The notes under the pieces were generated by a model. The model was not told the DNA's origin. It saw only the letters and a list, made by a program, of their open reading frames with translations, and did not search any database. DNA of 59,374 bases, filler included, from Dugesia japonica (Eukaryota), in the NCBI GenBank assembly GCA_001938525.1. It is 6 parts of 6 records of this genome, joined end to end, with 100 filler letters (N's around TTAATTAATTAA, not from the genome) between each part and the next. Parts side by side here need not be neighbours in the genome. Positions count along the whole stretch, not along the records: positions 19,568 to 28,795 come from MQRL01646170.1; positions 28,896 to 39,856 come from MQRL01641856.1; 4 more parts are not named here. One strand, given 5' to 3'. Positions 21,060-33,118 of the stretch are shown piece by piece; position 1 is the first letter of the stretch, and each line of letters begins with the position of its first letter. The translations under genes were made by a program, and so were the position numbers.

Positions 21060-22650
21060 TTTTCATAAACCCTATATACTCATAAACCATGCAATACATG
21101 GTTGCTATGTTAATAATACAAGGTAACTATGCAAATAATACACTCGTAAGCCTTAAATTACACGGTTAATATGTAAATAATACACTTTTAATATTTAAAT
21201 AATAAAAGGTAACTATGCAAATAATACAATCATAAACATTATATTACACGGTTAATGTGTAAATAATATACTCATAAACCCTATAATACACGGTTACTAT
21301 GCAAATGATACAAAGTAACTAGGTAAATAATACACTCATAAACCCTAAAATACATGGTTAAATTGTAAATAATAAAAGGTAGCTATTCAAATAATATAAT
21401 CATAAAAACTATAATTCAGGGTTACTATGTAAATAATACACTCATAATCCTTATAATACATGGTTGCTATGTAAATAATATAATAATATACTCATAAACT
21501 CTATATACTTATTAACATAATCATAAACATATTTTCTTATAAGTTGTTATATAGACTTATTAGTTATGTATGAAAATGTTCCATGAATTTATGATTTTAT
21601 TTTGAAAAGGTTTTTTATTATTTTGTATAGAAACATTCCCAGCTAATATGTTTTTATGAAAAATTGTCACTACTTATATGATTTTATAGAAAAATTGACT
21701 AAGTCTTGTAAAATTTTATTATAAATAAATACTAAATTAAAAACTAAAAAATAAAACAAAGACTGAATAATAATACATTTATTTCTGAACATAAATCACC
21801 GGAAACAAAAATAATTGTCATAATTGAGAAGATAATTCTGATGGTTCTACATGGTAATCATCAGATTAAACTTAGTGCACCCAAAACAATCAGGTGCGCA
21901 AATATCAGCTGCCATATAGTAATATACCACTACTTCTGGAAGAAACGGTTGTATTTCTTCGTCCAGGATCCCCAATTCTTCGCATATTTCAACCAGCATT
22001 CCTGAATTCAATTTATTAATAAAATTAAAAAATTAATAAAAATCAAACCTATCTTACTAAACTAAAGATATATATGAAAATGTTACACACTTATAAATCA
22101 TATACACTCAAAATCCCTATTATATACATACAAATATTTACTTACAAAGTATTTATACAGTAATTTTCAGTAATATATGAAATAGTTTCTACACTCATAC
22201 ATCATATAAACTCGAAAAACCTATACTACATAGTTGTTCAGTAAAAAATACAATGCAAATATATAAATATTACACTCTATTATGTTATAAATGTTATAAC
22301 CCTATATAACATTGTTACTATGTATAAAGTAAGCCTTAAATTACACGTTTGCTATATATATAATTCCTTTAAAAGTCTTATATTTTATAAACCTTATATT
22401 TTATGGTTGCTATGTAAGTATAACACTCATAAACTTTATAATACATGATTACCAAGTAAATAATACCAGTTAACTATGCAACTAATACAAAAAGAAATAC
22501 ATTAAACAGTTGTTATTTACATATTACATAGTACCTAAGCAAATAATACACTTGAAAACCTAATATTACACGGTTACTATGTAAATAATATACTCATAAA
22601 CCTTATATTTAATGGTTGCTATATAAATAATACAAACATAAATTCTATTC
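21060..22650. repeat. ~42-bp minisatellite (GGTTACTATGTAAATAATACACTCATAAACCCTATAATACAC) with 21-bp half-units, in two blocks
   Basis: About 10 copies at 21060-21510 and further copies at ~22200-22650. Confidence 0.85.
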
Positions 22651-22729
22651 AGTCATAAACATATTTAATTATTAAGTATTTTTACAATAGTTTTAGGTTA
22701 TATATGTTTCTCACTCGTAAAATCCTATA

Positions 22730-22955
22730 AACCATTGATCGCATTTGAGATTTCATTAAAATAAAATGTATTTGTAAAAAATTTCAAATTTTCGACAATA
22801 GTTTTCTTTATATTATTACTTCATATTGTCGAAAATTTGAACTTTTTTTACATTTCATTTTATTTTGATCGAAGTTTTTTCTTTATTTTAATGAAATCTC
22901 AAATGCGATCAATGGTTAAGTGCAACAATTATTCTCCCAATAATTGTAATTATAT
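22730..22955. mobile_element. Fold-back/palindromic MITE (AACCATTGATCG family)
   Basis: 36-bp perfect inverted arms AACCATTGATCGCATTTGAGATTTCATTAAAATAAA (starting 22730 and ending 22917), plus inner arms. Relatives at ~27720-27785, ~38500-38590, 51278-51480 and 53430-53684. Confidence 0.8.
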
Positions 22956-22959
22956 AATT

Positions 22960-23600
22960 TTACAACTAAATTTCAGTGACAAAGTTTCGGTCTTTTGCTT
23001 AAAGTTTATTTAATATAGAAAGTTTCTTTCGACACAAGCTGAAGTAGACTAAAATTTCATTAAAATAATATTCCGTTGGTGAAATTAATTCATTTTTCAT
23101 GTCCCTTATTGTCAGTATTATGGTAATATTTTATTTACCATTAAATAAAAGAAAGATTTGACTTTTGTTTACTAATATTCAGACTTAATAATGAAAGTAT
23201 TTTACTTATTATACCATTCTTCTCGAAACTTTCTTCTATGTACTTTTTGATATGATATGGATTTTTAATGAATTGCAATTCAGAAACTTCATTCAAGACA
23301 GACCCGATTGTGTAATTTGCACTCAGTCGGAATAATAATTTCAGTCAAAACAATATAATTTTAACAATCTCATGCAAAGTTTGGTTACTGTTGGATTTGA
23401 AACACTTTCTTTTGCCTGCGTAACAATTATTTCTTCCTCTTTAAAGTTGTCAATAATTACTTTGATCGTCACAAAGAGCTCAGCATAGTACTTTACAGCA
23501 TTCAATCATCTTGCCCATATTGTGACAACAGGTTGGGGTGTCATTCTTATATCTTTAAACATTGAGATAGAATATCGGTAAGTGCGCAAAAACCAGAGAA
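22960..23600 (-). mobile_element. hAT-superfamily transposase remnant
   Basis: Minus strand gives TPQPVVTIWAR*LNAVKYYAE (PP.PV.TRWGTWL.A..YY-like) and STSACVERNF (TS..VERSFS-like). Confidence 0.6.
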
Positions 23601-24310
23601 GAGTGAGAAAAGAAAATCACCAGTATGAATCTACTTACGTAGGGCAAAGATTCTTCTAACACATTCGCTGAAGTATGGGTAAGAAAAAATTATTATGAAA
23701 ATGTAAAATTTATTTTCAAAAAACTATTACAATAAATATATCATTTATAATTATAAATAATTATATTTTATTTTATAAAAATATTTGGTTATAGGTTAAA
23801 GATTTATTTGATATTAGTCTCACACAAATCATGCCGCATTAATATAGCCGTCTGTCCATCATGTTTTCTAATAATACTTAACGGTTATTAAACCAATATT
23901 AATCGCTATAGTTCTACTCTTCTTCAAAATGCTTTCTACTTTTTCAGCTATTAAATATTTCAGTACTTTGCACCATGAAAAAGTTTTATTTCTATTAGCC
24001 ATATTTTATTCGTAGTCAACAGCAAAGTTGAGAAAATTGATGGATGAGTTGCAATTCTAATTCTACAGATATTTGGACTTCCAAATTCTAAGGTTAGTGG
24101 GGCGAGCAGTACTAAAACCTGTTGATGATGTTATACGCAGTGAACATTCGTTTAAGGATTCAATCAAAAATCAAGTAATGAATATGTTGTTGAATGTGAA
24201 GAAAAATCTACTTAATGCTTTAAAGGAAGTTTTTAATGGACAGCATAAAAGTGAAATACGTTAACAAAAAAATAAAATAATATCGACTATAAGCAAAAGA
24301 CGGTGATTAA

Positions 24311-25578
24311 ATGGAACCATCTTTCCAAAAAAGCATGTATACCAAAAAAACTGAGTTATCGTATTTTGACCATAATATACTACATGTTATGGTTGAAAGC
24401 TTAACGTTTAAAGAAATTTACTAAAATGATTTAATAACTGGGTATGCTGGACAACAAATTGAGTTCAATATTATTGGTTCAGATAATGAGTACTTGGATT
24501 TCAATGATACATTGCTAATTATCAGAATGAAGACTGTTAAAAATGATAAAAAGGATTTTTCATCAACTGGCAATACTGATATGATTCCATTTAACTATTT
24601 CTTTCACATTATATTCAAAGAAGCATCATTAACGCTAACTAATATTAAGGTTGAAGATACAAATGATATGTATATGTAAAATGCGGGAATTGGAGGAGCT
24701 TTGAATTTTGGATCAGATACAAATAACACGTTCTTTGAAGTCTTTGGTTATCATAAAGAAGATAACAAGAGAAAAGGTGGGATTAAAAAGTCTGTCAAAC
24801 TGACGCTCTGTGGTGCACTTAATTTAGATTTTTATGACCTCTCAAAGTATTTGTTGCCAGGATTCAATCAAGTTGACGAGAAATATTGGTTCAGTAATTT
24901 ACAAATATACTAAATGCACTGGTGAAACAGCTGAGATTAATCCACAACGATATATTATAGAAGCAAATTTAGTAGTGTGAGGTGTTTGCGTTGATCAATC
25001 GGTTATAACTGAACACCTTCAAGGATTGGAACATCAAAATGCAATCTAAATTTTCCAAATTACAAACGTCGTACATTTTAAAATTCCAAAAAACTTAAAT
25101 GGAGAAAATAAAGATAATCTATTTTCAGGTGAAAGATTACCGAAATTGGTTTTGATTGCTTTTCAATCATCGAAACAAGCAAGTTGTGATTATGGGTTAT
25201 TTTGCTTGACATTTTCAAATTTCAGTGTAAAGTCAATATGCTTGGCAAGAAGGGTTGATTACCGAGAAACATATTTTACTGACTTTGATACCGACTATAC
25301 CAAAGCATATGTACAATCAATTATTCGTAACATGGGTCAGTTAAATGTAGATCAAAATAATGGTATTACAATGAAAGAATTTAAAGATTTATATACGTTA
25401 TACAATTTTGTATTGGCTCCGGACATTGCTTTTAATCAACCGTATTTACCAAAACATAGAAATTTCAAGTTGAATGTGTGATTCCATAAAGTCCTGGAAG
25501 AATCAGTAACAATGTATGCACATAGAGTATTTGATTCGGAAATGTCAATCACCACAAATGGATTAGTATGTGTGTATT
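24311..25578 (+). pseudogene. Polinton-type double-jelly-roll major capsid protein, pseudogene
   Basis: ATG at 24311. Fragments KTELSYFDH, IEFNIIGSDNEYLDFNDTLL, LPKLVLIAFQS, YVQSIIRNMG..NNGITMKEF and NFVLAPD. Many stops and frameshifts. Confidence 0.85.
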
Positions 25579-25621
25579 GCATAGCAAAAATTATTAATGG
25601 TTTTTTATAAAGAGATTTGTT

Positions 25622-25975
25622 TTGATTGATATTACTTTTCAGATTGAAGCAATATTGAAACGTGAGTTGGTTAGTAGCCGATTCAAAATAGTGTATCTAT
25701 TGTGACGATTTCCAGACTTTTTCCCAAGTGAACCTTATGTAATCAATACACATACATCGAATTTAGATGGTGAGCAATAAATTGCCATTTCTGTNAAACC
25801 AAATTTTACTCGTTTATTTGATTTAATAGGTTTATTTTATTCACCAACAATGGTAACAAAATTGGATCGTATGCAACAGCATGCCGAACACAGTCAAATC
25901 ATGAATCAGATTCCTTCGACATTCTTATGTGGACAATATGGTATTGAATTGCTCAAAATGGAACCGTCATTAATT
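25622..25975 (+). pseudogene. Adenain-like cysteine protease, pseudogene
   Basis: YVINTHTSNLDGEQ*IAI (catalytic HW lost), LFD and FLCGQYG. Homologous to 41616-41972. Confidence 0.8.
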
Positions 25976-26049
25976 AAATGTAAAATGTAAAATTCAATGC
26001 AATCAATTTGCTTCTATTTATTGTCAAGAATTACCTGCAAAGTACTGGT

Positions 26050-26645
26050 GTTACTTGTTATGAGAATTGGATATTTCCCAGACGTTCTGCCAAGTATTTG
26101 GAAAAATATGTTTGACCGGGCACAATTACAAAACAAGTACTTACTTCAGTAAAGTTAGTATAACCGTTTAGCGTTCTATGGCTAGTATTATTCATTACAA
26201 TTTCTTTGGAACTGGAAAGAATTTCAAAACGGAATCCTAATGTTGTCAAATCAATGCATATCCTGAATAAATAAAGCTAAAACCGCAAGTATTGATGAAT
26301 AATAACTGTCTTTTGCTTGGTCGCATGTTCCCAAATTAACACCAGAAATATTACAGAAGTCGGGTTAGAAAACCTTCCTTCACCAACTTTACTAAACAGA
26401 TTTATTTTCTGCAGATTACAATATATTTTTATTGGTTTACAATTTTCTACGAAATAAGATGTTCAAAAAGCATTTGCCTCTTTTTTCGAATTTCATGCGT
26501 CTGACTTATTAGAAACCCCGGTAAAAAAATAAACTCGTAGAATGTTGTCAATGTTGGTAATTATTTCAATAAGTAACATTTTTTCATTATGACTTATCAA
26601 ATTTTAATTTGAAAATCAAAAAGCGACAACACTTTTCGCACAGCC
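26050..26645 (-). mobile_element. Possible Sola-like DDD transposase remnant
   Basis: Weak minus-strand fragments VVAFDFQ and FVENCKP (DNC-like), plus a G...QAKDSYYSSI-like stretch. Heavily decayed. Confidence 0.3.
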
Positions 26646-27965
26646 TAATTTTTCTTGAATTATTATTAGAATTATTAAGTAAATGTCTCACAAATCTTTA
26701 TTGTTTGTAAATTAAAATGAAATATATAAATTAGATATTTTGTTGAATTCAATTTGTTTCTTGTTGAAATAAAATCAACAAATTAATTGAACATATTTGA
26801 CTAGTAAGAAAATAGAAAAACCTGATATAAATAATTGTAATAATAATAAAATTACAAATAAAGTTATAATAATCTCTAATCATAAATAGAAACTTGTGAA
26901 ATAATTATGGAAATATTTAGATAATTTTTGAAATTATATTTTATGAAATAGAATTAATTATAATAATTTAATATAATATTTTATCATTAAATAAATATTT
27001 TAATTAACATCGTTCTGATTTTCAATATAAAACGAATGAAATGTATAAATAGAATCAAATAATTTCCAAGATAATATTATAAATATATTTAATATTTCAA
27101 ATATAAAAACAAATATTTATTATCTGGTTAATGAGAAAGCAGTTAAAATTGTAAATGTTAGAAAGGTTTGATATTGTTAAGATTATTTCAATTCATTAAT
27201 TAATAAACAGTTAATTAAATTAATTGTTATTGTTCCAAAACTCCAGATAAAAGCTAAAAACAATTTATTAATTATTAAAACAATAATTAAATAATAAATA
27301 ATATTNNNNNNNNNNGATATTTTAGAAGTAGAATCTACAATGAAAAATGTTATTTTTTTATTTGATAAAATAAATATTACAAACAATAAATTTTTTATTA
27401 AAAATAACAAGAAAATATCACGATAAATTATCAATACAAAACATTTATTTTAACAATTGGTTGATTTCCTTTCTTTAATTATCCTAATGTAAAAATAAAT
27501 ATAATTTACAATAGTTAAATTAAATAATTAAATATAAAATAAGAATTAAAATTAACCAATTAAAANNNNNNNNNNNNNNNNNNNNNNNNNNNNNNNNNNN
27601 NNNNNNNNNNNNNNNNNNNNNNNNNNNNNNNNNNNNNNNNNNNNNNNNNNNNNNNNNNNNNNNNNNNNNNNNNNNNNNNNNNNNNNNNNNNNNNNNNNNN
27701 NNNNNNNNNNNNNNNNAATGAATTCTATAAAACGATCAATGGTTATGTCCAACAATTATTCTCGCAATAATTGGAATTGTAAAATAATTAATTAACAAAT
27801 AATATTACTTGATTTTGATTTTATAGAAGTTGAATCTAAAATAAAGAATGTTATTTATTATTTGATAAAATAAATAAATAAATACAAACAACAAATTTGT
27901 TATTAAAAATAACAAGAAAATAACATGATAAACTGTCTAATTAAATAAAACAAATATATTACCAA

Positions 27966-28620
27966 AGTAGTAGGATAGCGGCGCATTGCCGGGGAGGGGG
28001 CTCGATAACTCATGACCCGGCAATGTGCCACTATCTATTTTTAAATTTTAGTTTTAACTATTAGAATTTTTTGTTTTGACTATTGGAATTTTTGTTTTAA
28101 TTAAGTGGAGAGAGGAAACCACCGAAGAATGAGTTATCGTGGATTTCTATAGTATAAAAAATAAAAATTGAATTTTTTGTTTTAATGAAGTAGAGAAGGG
28201 TGCATTGCCGTAGTATGCGTTCTCGAGTTGTATTTTTGTTTTAATTAATGGAATATTTTGTTTGAATCATGGAATTTTTTGTTTTAATTATTGGAACATT
28301 TTGTTTTAATTAATGAAAGTTTTTTTTGTTTTAATTAATAATAGAATTTTGTTAGTAATTCAAATTTCATTATTTTTTAGGGGTTGGGGTGGTGTGAAAT
28401 TTAAATTTCAACGGGGGGAAATCTTTTTAAGATAATTAAATTAAATTAAATTAAATTTAATTAATTTATTTTTGTAAGAGATAGGGCAGTCTTGATATTT
28501 TGCATGCGGAGTCTCTATATTTTGTATGAGATGGCGGTAGTCTCTATATTTTACATGAGCAGTCTTTAAAGTTTTTAAGATATTATAACAATATATTTAT
28601 ACATGGTATGGGCAGTCTAA
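27966..28620 (+). mobile_element. Candidate Maverick/Polinton terminal inverted repeat (left end)
   Basis: Begins AGTAGTAG. 20-bp GC-rich hairpin (27974-27993 / 28016-28035, 18/20 matched). Followed by ~22-bp TTTTGTTTTAATTATTGGAA repeats and GCAGTCTCTATATTTTG repeats. Confidence 0.45.
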
Positions 28621-28895
28621 ATATATATGCTCAAAGATATTTAAAGAATAAGACATTAATTTTTTTTTTAATAAGTACATTAGTTTAAATTATTATTAAT
28701 TATTTTCATGCATTGTTTCATTAACAGTCTTCTTTTCCTTCCATACCATTACATTACCTCCTCTGACATGTACAGTCCGACGGAGTGAATCCATCNNNNN
28801 NNNNNNNNNNNNNNNNNNNNNNNNNNNNNNNNNNNNNNNTTAATTAATTAANNNNNNNNNNNNNNNNNNNNNNNNNNNNNNNNNNNNNNNNNNNN

Positions 28896-29086
28896 GATTT
28901 GGAGAAGATTTTACTGAAGAAAAAAACCAAGCAGCGAAAAATAACTGAGTTTATTTTAAAAAAATTAATTTATTGATTAGTAAAGTCTTTTTGATATTTT
29001 TTTAAAGTATCTGTTAAAGAGAAATATCGGTTATANAGAACATTTTTTCAAGTCCCAAAAATATTCTCTTTAAGCGGAATCTACTG
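28896..29086 (+). mobile_element. Tigger/pogo 3' end
   Basis: DLEKILLKKKTKQRKITEF (KQxxIxxFF tail), then TIR ..CTCTTTAAGCGGAATCTACTG followed by TA. Confidence 0.7.
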
Positions 29087-29740
29087 TATTTTGAAATTAT
29101 TATTATTATTATCACTATTACTATTATTATTGTTATTATACTCCTAATGATATTAGTACTATTAGTTTCATTATCAACATAATTATTACTGTTTGTTTTA
29201 ATTCTTTTATTATTATTATGTCACTCGTTTAAAGGTTATCATTAATTTGGTTAGTAACAGAAACACCAACATTACAATTCCCAGCATCATCGTCATTATG
29301 GATTTTAGTTAGGATCTTTATTGCCGATGTGTTAATTATCATCACGATTCTGTGTATTAACTGCGAATACTACTATCAGTGACGAGTGTTCTTATTATGG
29401 TAGCCTGCATAGCGTTAAGATTATTAAACAACCACCCTAACATCTATCATCCTGGTAGTACTCGGCGTTATCCGTAAGGACTTTAGTATTTACCTTAATA
29501 CATTCATGATCAGCCTTCTCATTATTATCGATTTTACTAAAATAAGTAATAATGTTAGGATTAATAGATTAAAAATTATAACTCACAATATTATTTATGA
29601 TTTAGGATTACTATTCAACTATAATAATTTCGTGATTAATGTTTTGGCTACGATAAAATATAATATCATTCTAACTCATCAATTTTCTTATGATGCCTTA
29701 ATTTATTGCAGTTTCGTTGTGATAATTTAATTTGTTGTAG

Positions 29741-29936
29741 TATAATATCTGAGATTCTGCAGGACACTATAAGATTCATTCGACAAGAAAGAGAAAGGTC
29801 ACGCTGCAAACAGTTGATTGGACATATTTTGGCGCCTGATCAGATATTGTTCCTTGATGAAACCGACTTAATCTTTTTTGTCGAGTTATTTCCATTAGCG
29901 GCAAAGATGAGGGTGTATTTGGACGCCCCCTCATGA
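29741..29936 (+). CDS. DETDL family copy 2
   Basis: After acceptor TTGTTGTAG: ILQDTIRFIRQERERSRCKQLIGHILAPDQILFLDETDLIFFVELFPL. Followed by an NPYN module (TSRMVFKRPANPYNTLAGVLVDRSN, ~29955-30050) and AATAAA at ~30235. Confidence 0.55.
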
Positions 29937-30510
29937 TTTTAATGCATTTTCTGATTTGACGAGCCGAATGGTATTTAAGAGACCAGCCAACCCATATAAT
30001 ACCCTAGCTGGTGTCCTCGTAGACCGTTCGAATATGGACCCCTCCTAGGCAGATTTTCAACGTGGCCGTGATATGTCTGAACGATGGTTGCATCGTCACT
30101 GGCCCAATGAAAGAACTAAATCCCCGATCACTCCGTCTACTCCAACGCTAGCCGATTTGGAAGATTATCTTCAGCCCCCATGTTCATCATCTTAGTGACT
30201 TTTACCATTAATCTGCAGTGTTGCATGTGACTCGTAATAAATTTTATTAGTTGTCTCTATCGTTACATAATGCTTTATAAAAATTAATCCAATGATCAAT
30301 TTTATTTATTTATTTACGGGGGCTATCATTATGATAATCATAGTTATTCTTAACATTTTTCTGAGGACATCATTATTGCAGGATTACCGTTATGCGTACT
30401 AATAGTAATCATTATTAATCCCATCTTTAAAATTCAGGTTCCCGAAGACTTTCACAACCAAATCGTCGGCAGTTCCAGCTACTAACTTTTATAATTTTCT
30501 TTCTAGAATT

Positions 30511-30687
30511 ATGCCTGATGTTATATATAATACATTGCGATTGATCCACAAAGAGAGGAAGACAGCCCGTCAGCGACAATTAATCGCACATATTATGTTC
30601 CCAGGAAAGGTAAGGCATCCAGATGAAACAGATCTAGCCTGCTTGGCTGAGATGTTACCCTTAAACCCGGATTGTAACAAATCCTGA
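30511..30687 (+). CDS. DETDL family copy 3 (58 aa; absent from the ORF track)
   Basis: MPDVIYNTLRLIHKERKTARQRQLIAHIMFPGKVRHPDETDLACLAEMLPLNPDCNKS*. Branch-like ACTAAC at 30481, acceptor AG at 30505-30506, AATAAA at 30720. Next acceptor at 30820-30821 opens an NPYN module (TGRIMFRHLRKPYNRD). Confidence 0.6.
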   Translation: MPDVIYNTLRLIHKERKTARQRQLIAHIMFPGKVRHPDETDLACLAEMLPLNPDCNKS

Positions 30688-32998
30688 ACTTTTGCTGTTG
30701 TTGTATATTTAATAGTAATAATAAACCGCTCAGTTAATTTATTGAGTGTTACATTATTCCTTTGATTTATTTGAACGATCTTTTATTTACCCACTATTTA
30801 GTTAATTAATCTCTTTTATAGTGTCCGAATATAGATGGCGACTGATATGCACTCCACCGGTCGAATAATGTTCCGTCATTTGAGAAAACCCTATAATCGG
30901 GATGCAGAAATCTAGGCCGATATTATACATGAGATATTAATTTGAAAGTAGGCAACATCGATTGAATCAAAAAACGAAAGTCAAGTAACTGATAATAATG
31001 TTGAAAAGTAGTTTAAATAGTCCGAATTGTAATGCGTGGGAAATGAAATGATGAATTATTCAAAATTCTGAATGTTCAAATTGATCGAAAATGAATGTTA
31101 TTGAATAAACAAACGACAATTTATCAGAGAAGAACAATAATGTTTATCAAATATATCAAGGATATAATTATCATTATGAAATTTTGTTGTTTCGGGAGCA
31201 CGGTCGGCGAATTTTAGTATATAACTGGAAGATTATTACTTTAAATTTAATATACTTTGGAAAATTATTGATCATGAAATGGCACTCCAATTATGTAAGT
31301 ATTTATTGCATTGTAATTCTTATAATGTTCATTTAAAATTTGGCGCATTAATATTTTTTATTGATATGCGCATAATTAATAATTTATTTTATTATTATAA
31401 TGTTCGACCAGTGTATATAGTATATGTTGGATTAAAGGAATTTTGGTAAATGATTTTAGTAAATACATTTTAGTAAATTTTGAGTAATGTTTTTGGTAAA
31501 CAATTTGATTAAAGAAATCAAGTAATGCGTTTTCTGTAACGATTTTGGTAACAGTTGAATTAACATTGAAGTAATAGTTTTATTAATTGAGCACTGGAAT
31601 TTATTTTGACTTATATTTTATATAATTTTGTTGATATGAAATTAATTAAAGTTGTGCTAAATAGATCATTTAAAATCGACCTGTGTATAATAATTATAAA
31701 AAAAATTGTAACTTATGTATAAGTATTTAGTTAATTAAATGCTCAAAATGATATAATTATTATAATTCAAGCATGTAGAGAAATAGAAAACGCAGAGCGC
31801 ATTCAGATAAACTATGGTGATATCCAAAATAAGTTTTTAAACTGCAATAATTATTATTTTAATGAAATTGTGGCGCATGTTTTTTCTACATACAATCACA
31901 CCGTTAATAATATAAATAATCTGTAGTGATATAAACCCCCCTTTATTTTAAAATATATTTATGTTAAGATTGCCTGTGTACATTCTTTAAAGTTAAAACA
32001 AAACTTTTGTCACTTGGGAAGAACACCATTTTTACATGTTTTAAAATTTATTTATTCAATGTTACGCTTTTAAATTATTTTCTACAATGTGTTGAAATTT
32101 TAGCTTCCTTACTATATTTCACATGTCTTCGAATAAAAACGAGCTTTGAATCCTGATTCGCTATTGTTGAAAACGAGAACTTTCGACTAGGGAAGCTGAA
32201 AAATAGATATTTGGTGAATGCAAAATGGTCGTCTACGAAAACTGTTTCACGTTGGTAAAATTATTTTCATACTAGTGACATTAATTTGGAAGACTAGCTA
32301 TATTTTACACCATTTAACTTTAAACTTTCCTTATCAATGTAGCAGTTTTAACAAGGTTGTCGATTCAAGTCATTTGAGGAAGTTGAAGAAGCATGAAAAT
32401 AATTCTTCGAATCAAAACCCAAATAATCGTAATTTAATAAGATTCGGACGACTAGATTTGATTGCAAAAATTTGTTGAGAATGATGAACTTTATTTTGAA
32501 AAGAAGTAATTATTTTTATAGCAAAAAGAAAGATATGGATTGGTTTCATAAACCTTTCCAAAAATGTCTAGTAACTTTGCTCTATCTCAATAATCTGAAT
32601 TAATTAATAAGATGAATCATTTCACTTTATATTTTTTAAATTTCTCTTTTGCATAACTCTTTTCATCTTACAGAATCAGTTTATCCAATATATAAAAATA
32701 AATTAACAATAGAAGCAATATTTGAAAAAAAGAAATAAAATTTCAAAATCTGTAACTTATTAAAAAAAAATATTTACTCATTAAAATACAAAAACGAAAA
32801 GGAAAATAAACAAAATATAAAAAAGAAAATCAAAACTGTATATATAAGGAAATTCCACAATTTATCCAACAAAATGTCTGACAAATAATCCGAAAATTAT
32901 ACAGAAAAAATAAGAAACGTTTACAGTCAAAATTCAAAGAATAAAATCTAAAAAGCAAAAAAATATAATTAATAATACAATAAGTCAAACAAGAATTT

Positions 32999-33118
32999 TT
33001 AACAAATGTTCAAATATTTTTCTAAAGCTTCTAAATCAAAAGAAACAGTAATATCTTCTCTACTAATTAGTTGCATTAATTCATTAACAAATTTTCCATA
33101 GTGTTGAATATAACCACA
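32999..33118 (-). mobile_element. Possible Penelope-like RT fragment
   Basis: GYIQHYGKFVNELMQLISREDITVSFDLEAL resembles the Penelope-like YI.NS..F....D.LVSFDV.SL motif. Very short. Confidence 0.35.

Larger units (their letters stand above)
23995..25975 (+). mobile_element. Maverick/Polinton virion module, older degenerate copy
   Basis: Colinear with 39984-41975 throughout: small basic ORF, then MCP, then protease. Confidence 0.85.

Noticed and set aside
21060-21510. CRISPR-like array
   Set aside because: Head-to-tail degenerate minisatellite without unique spacers, in a eukaryotic context with no cas genes.
28700-28795. Minus-strand peptide DSLRRTVHVRGGNVMVWKEKK
   Set aside because: Could be Tc1 (TVKHGGGNVMVW-like) or something else. 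Too short and cut by the linker to assign.
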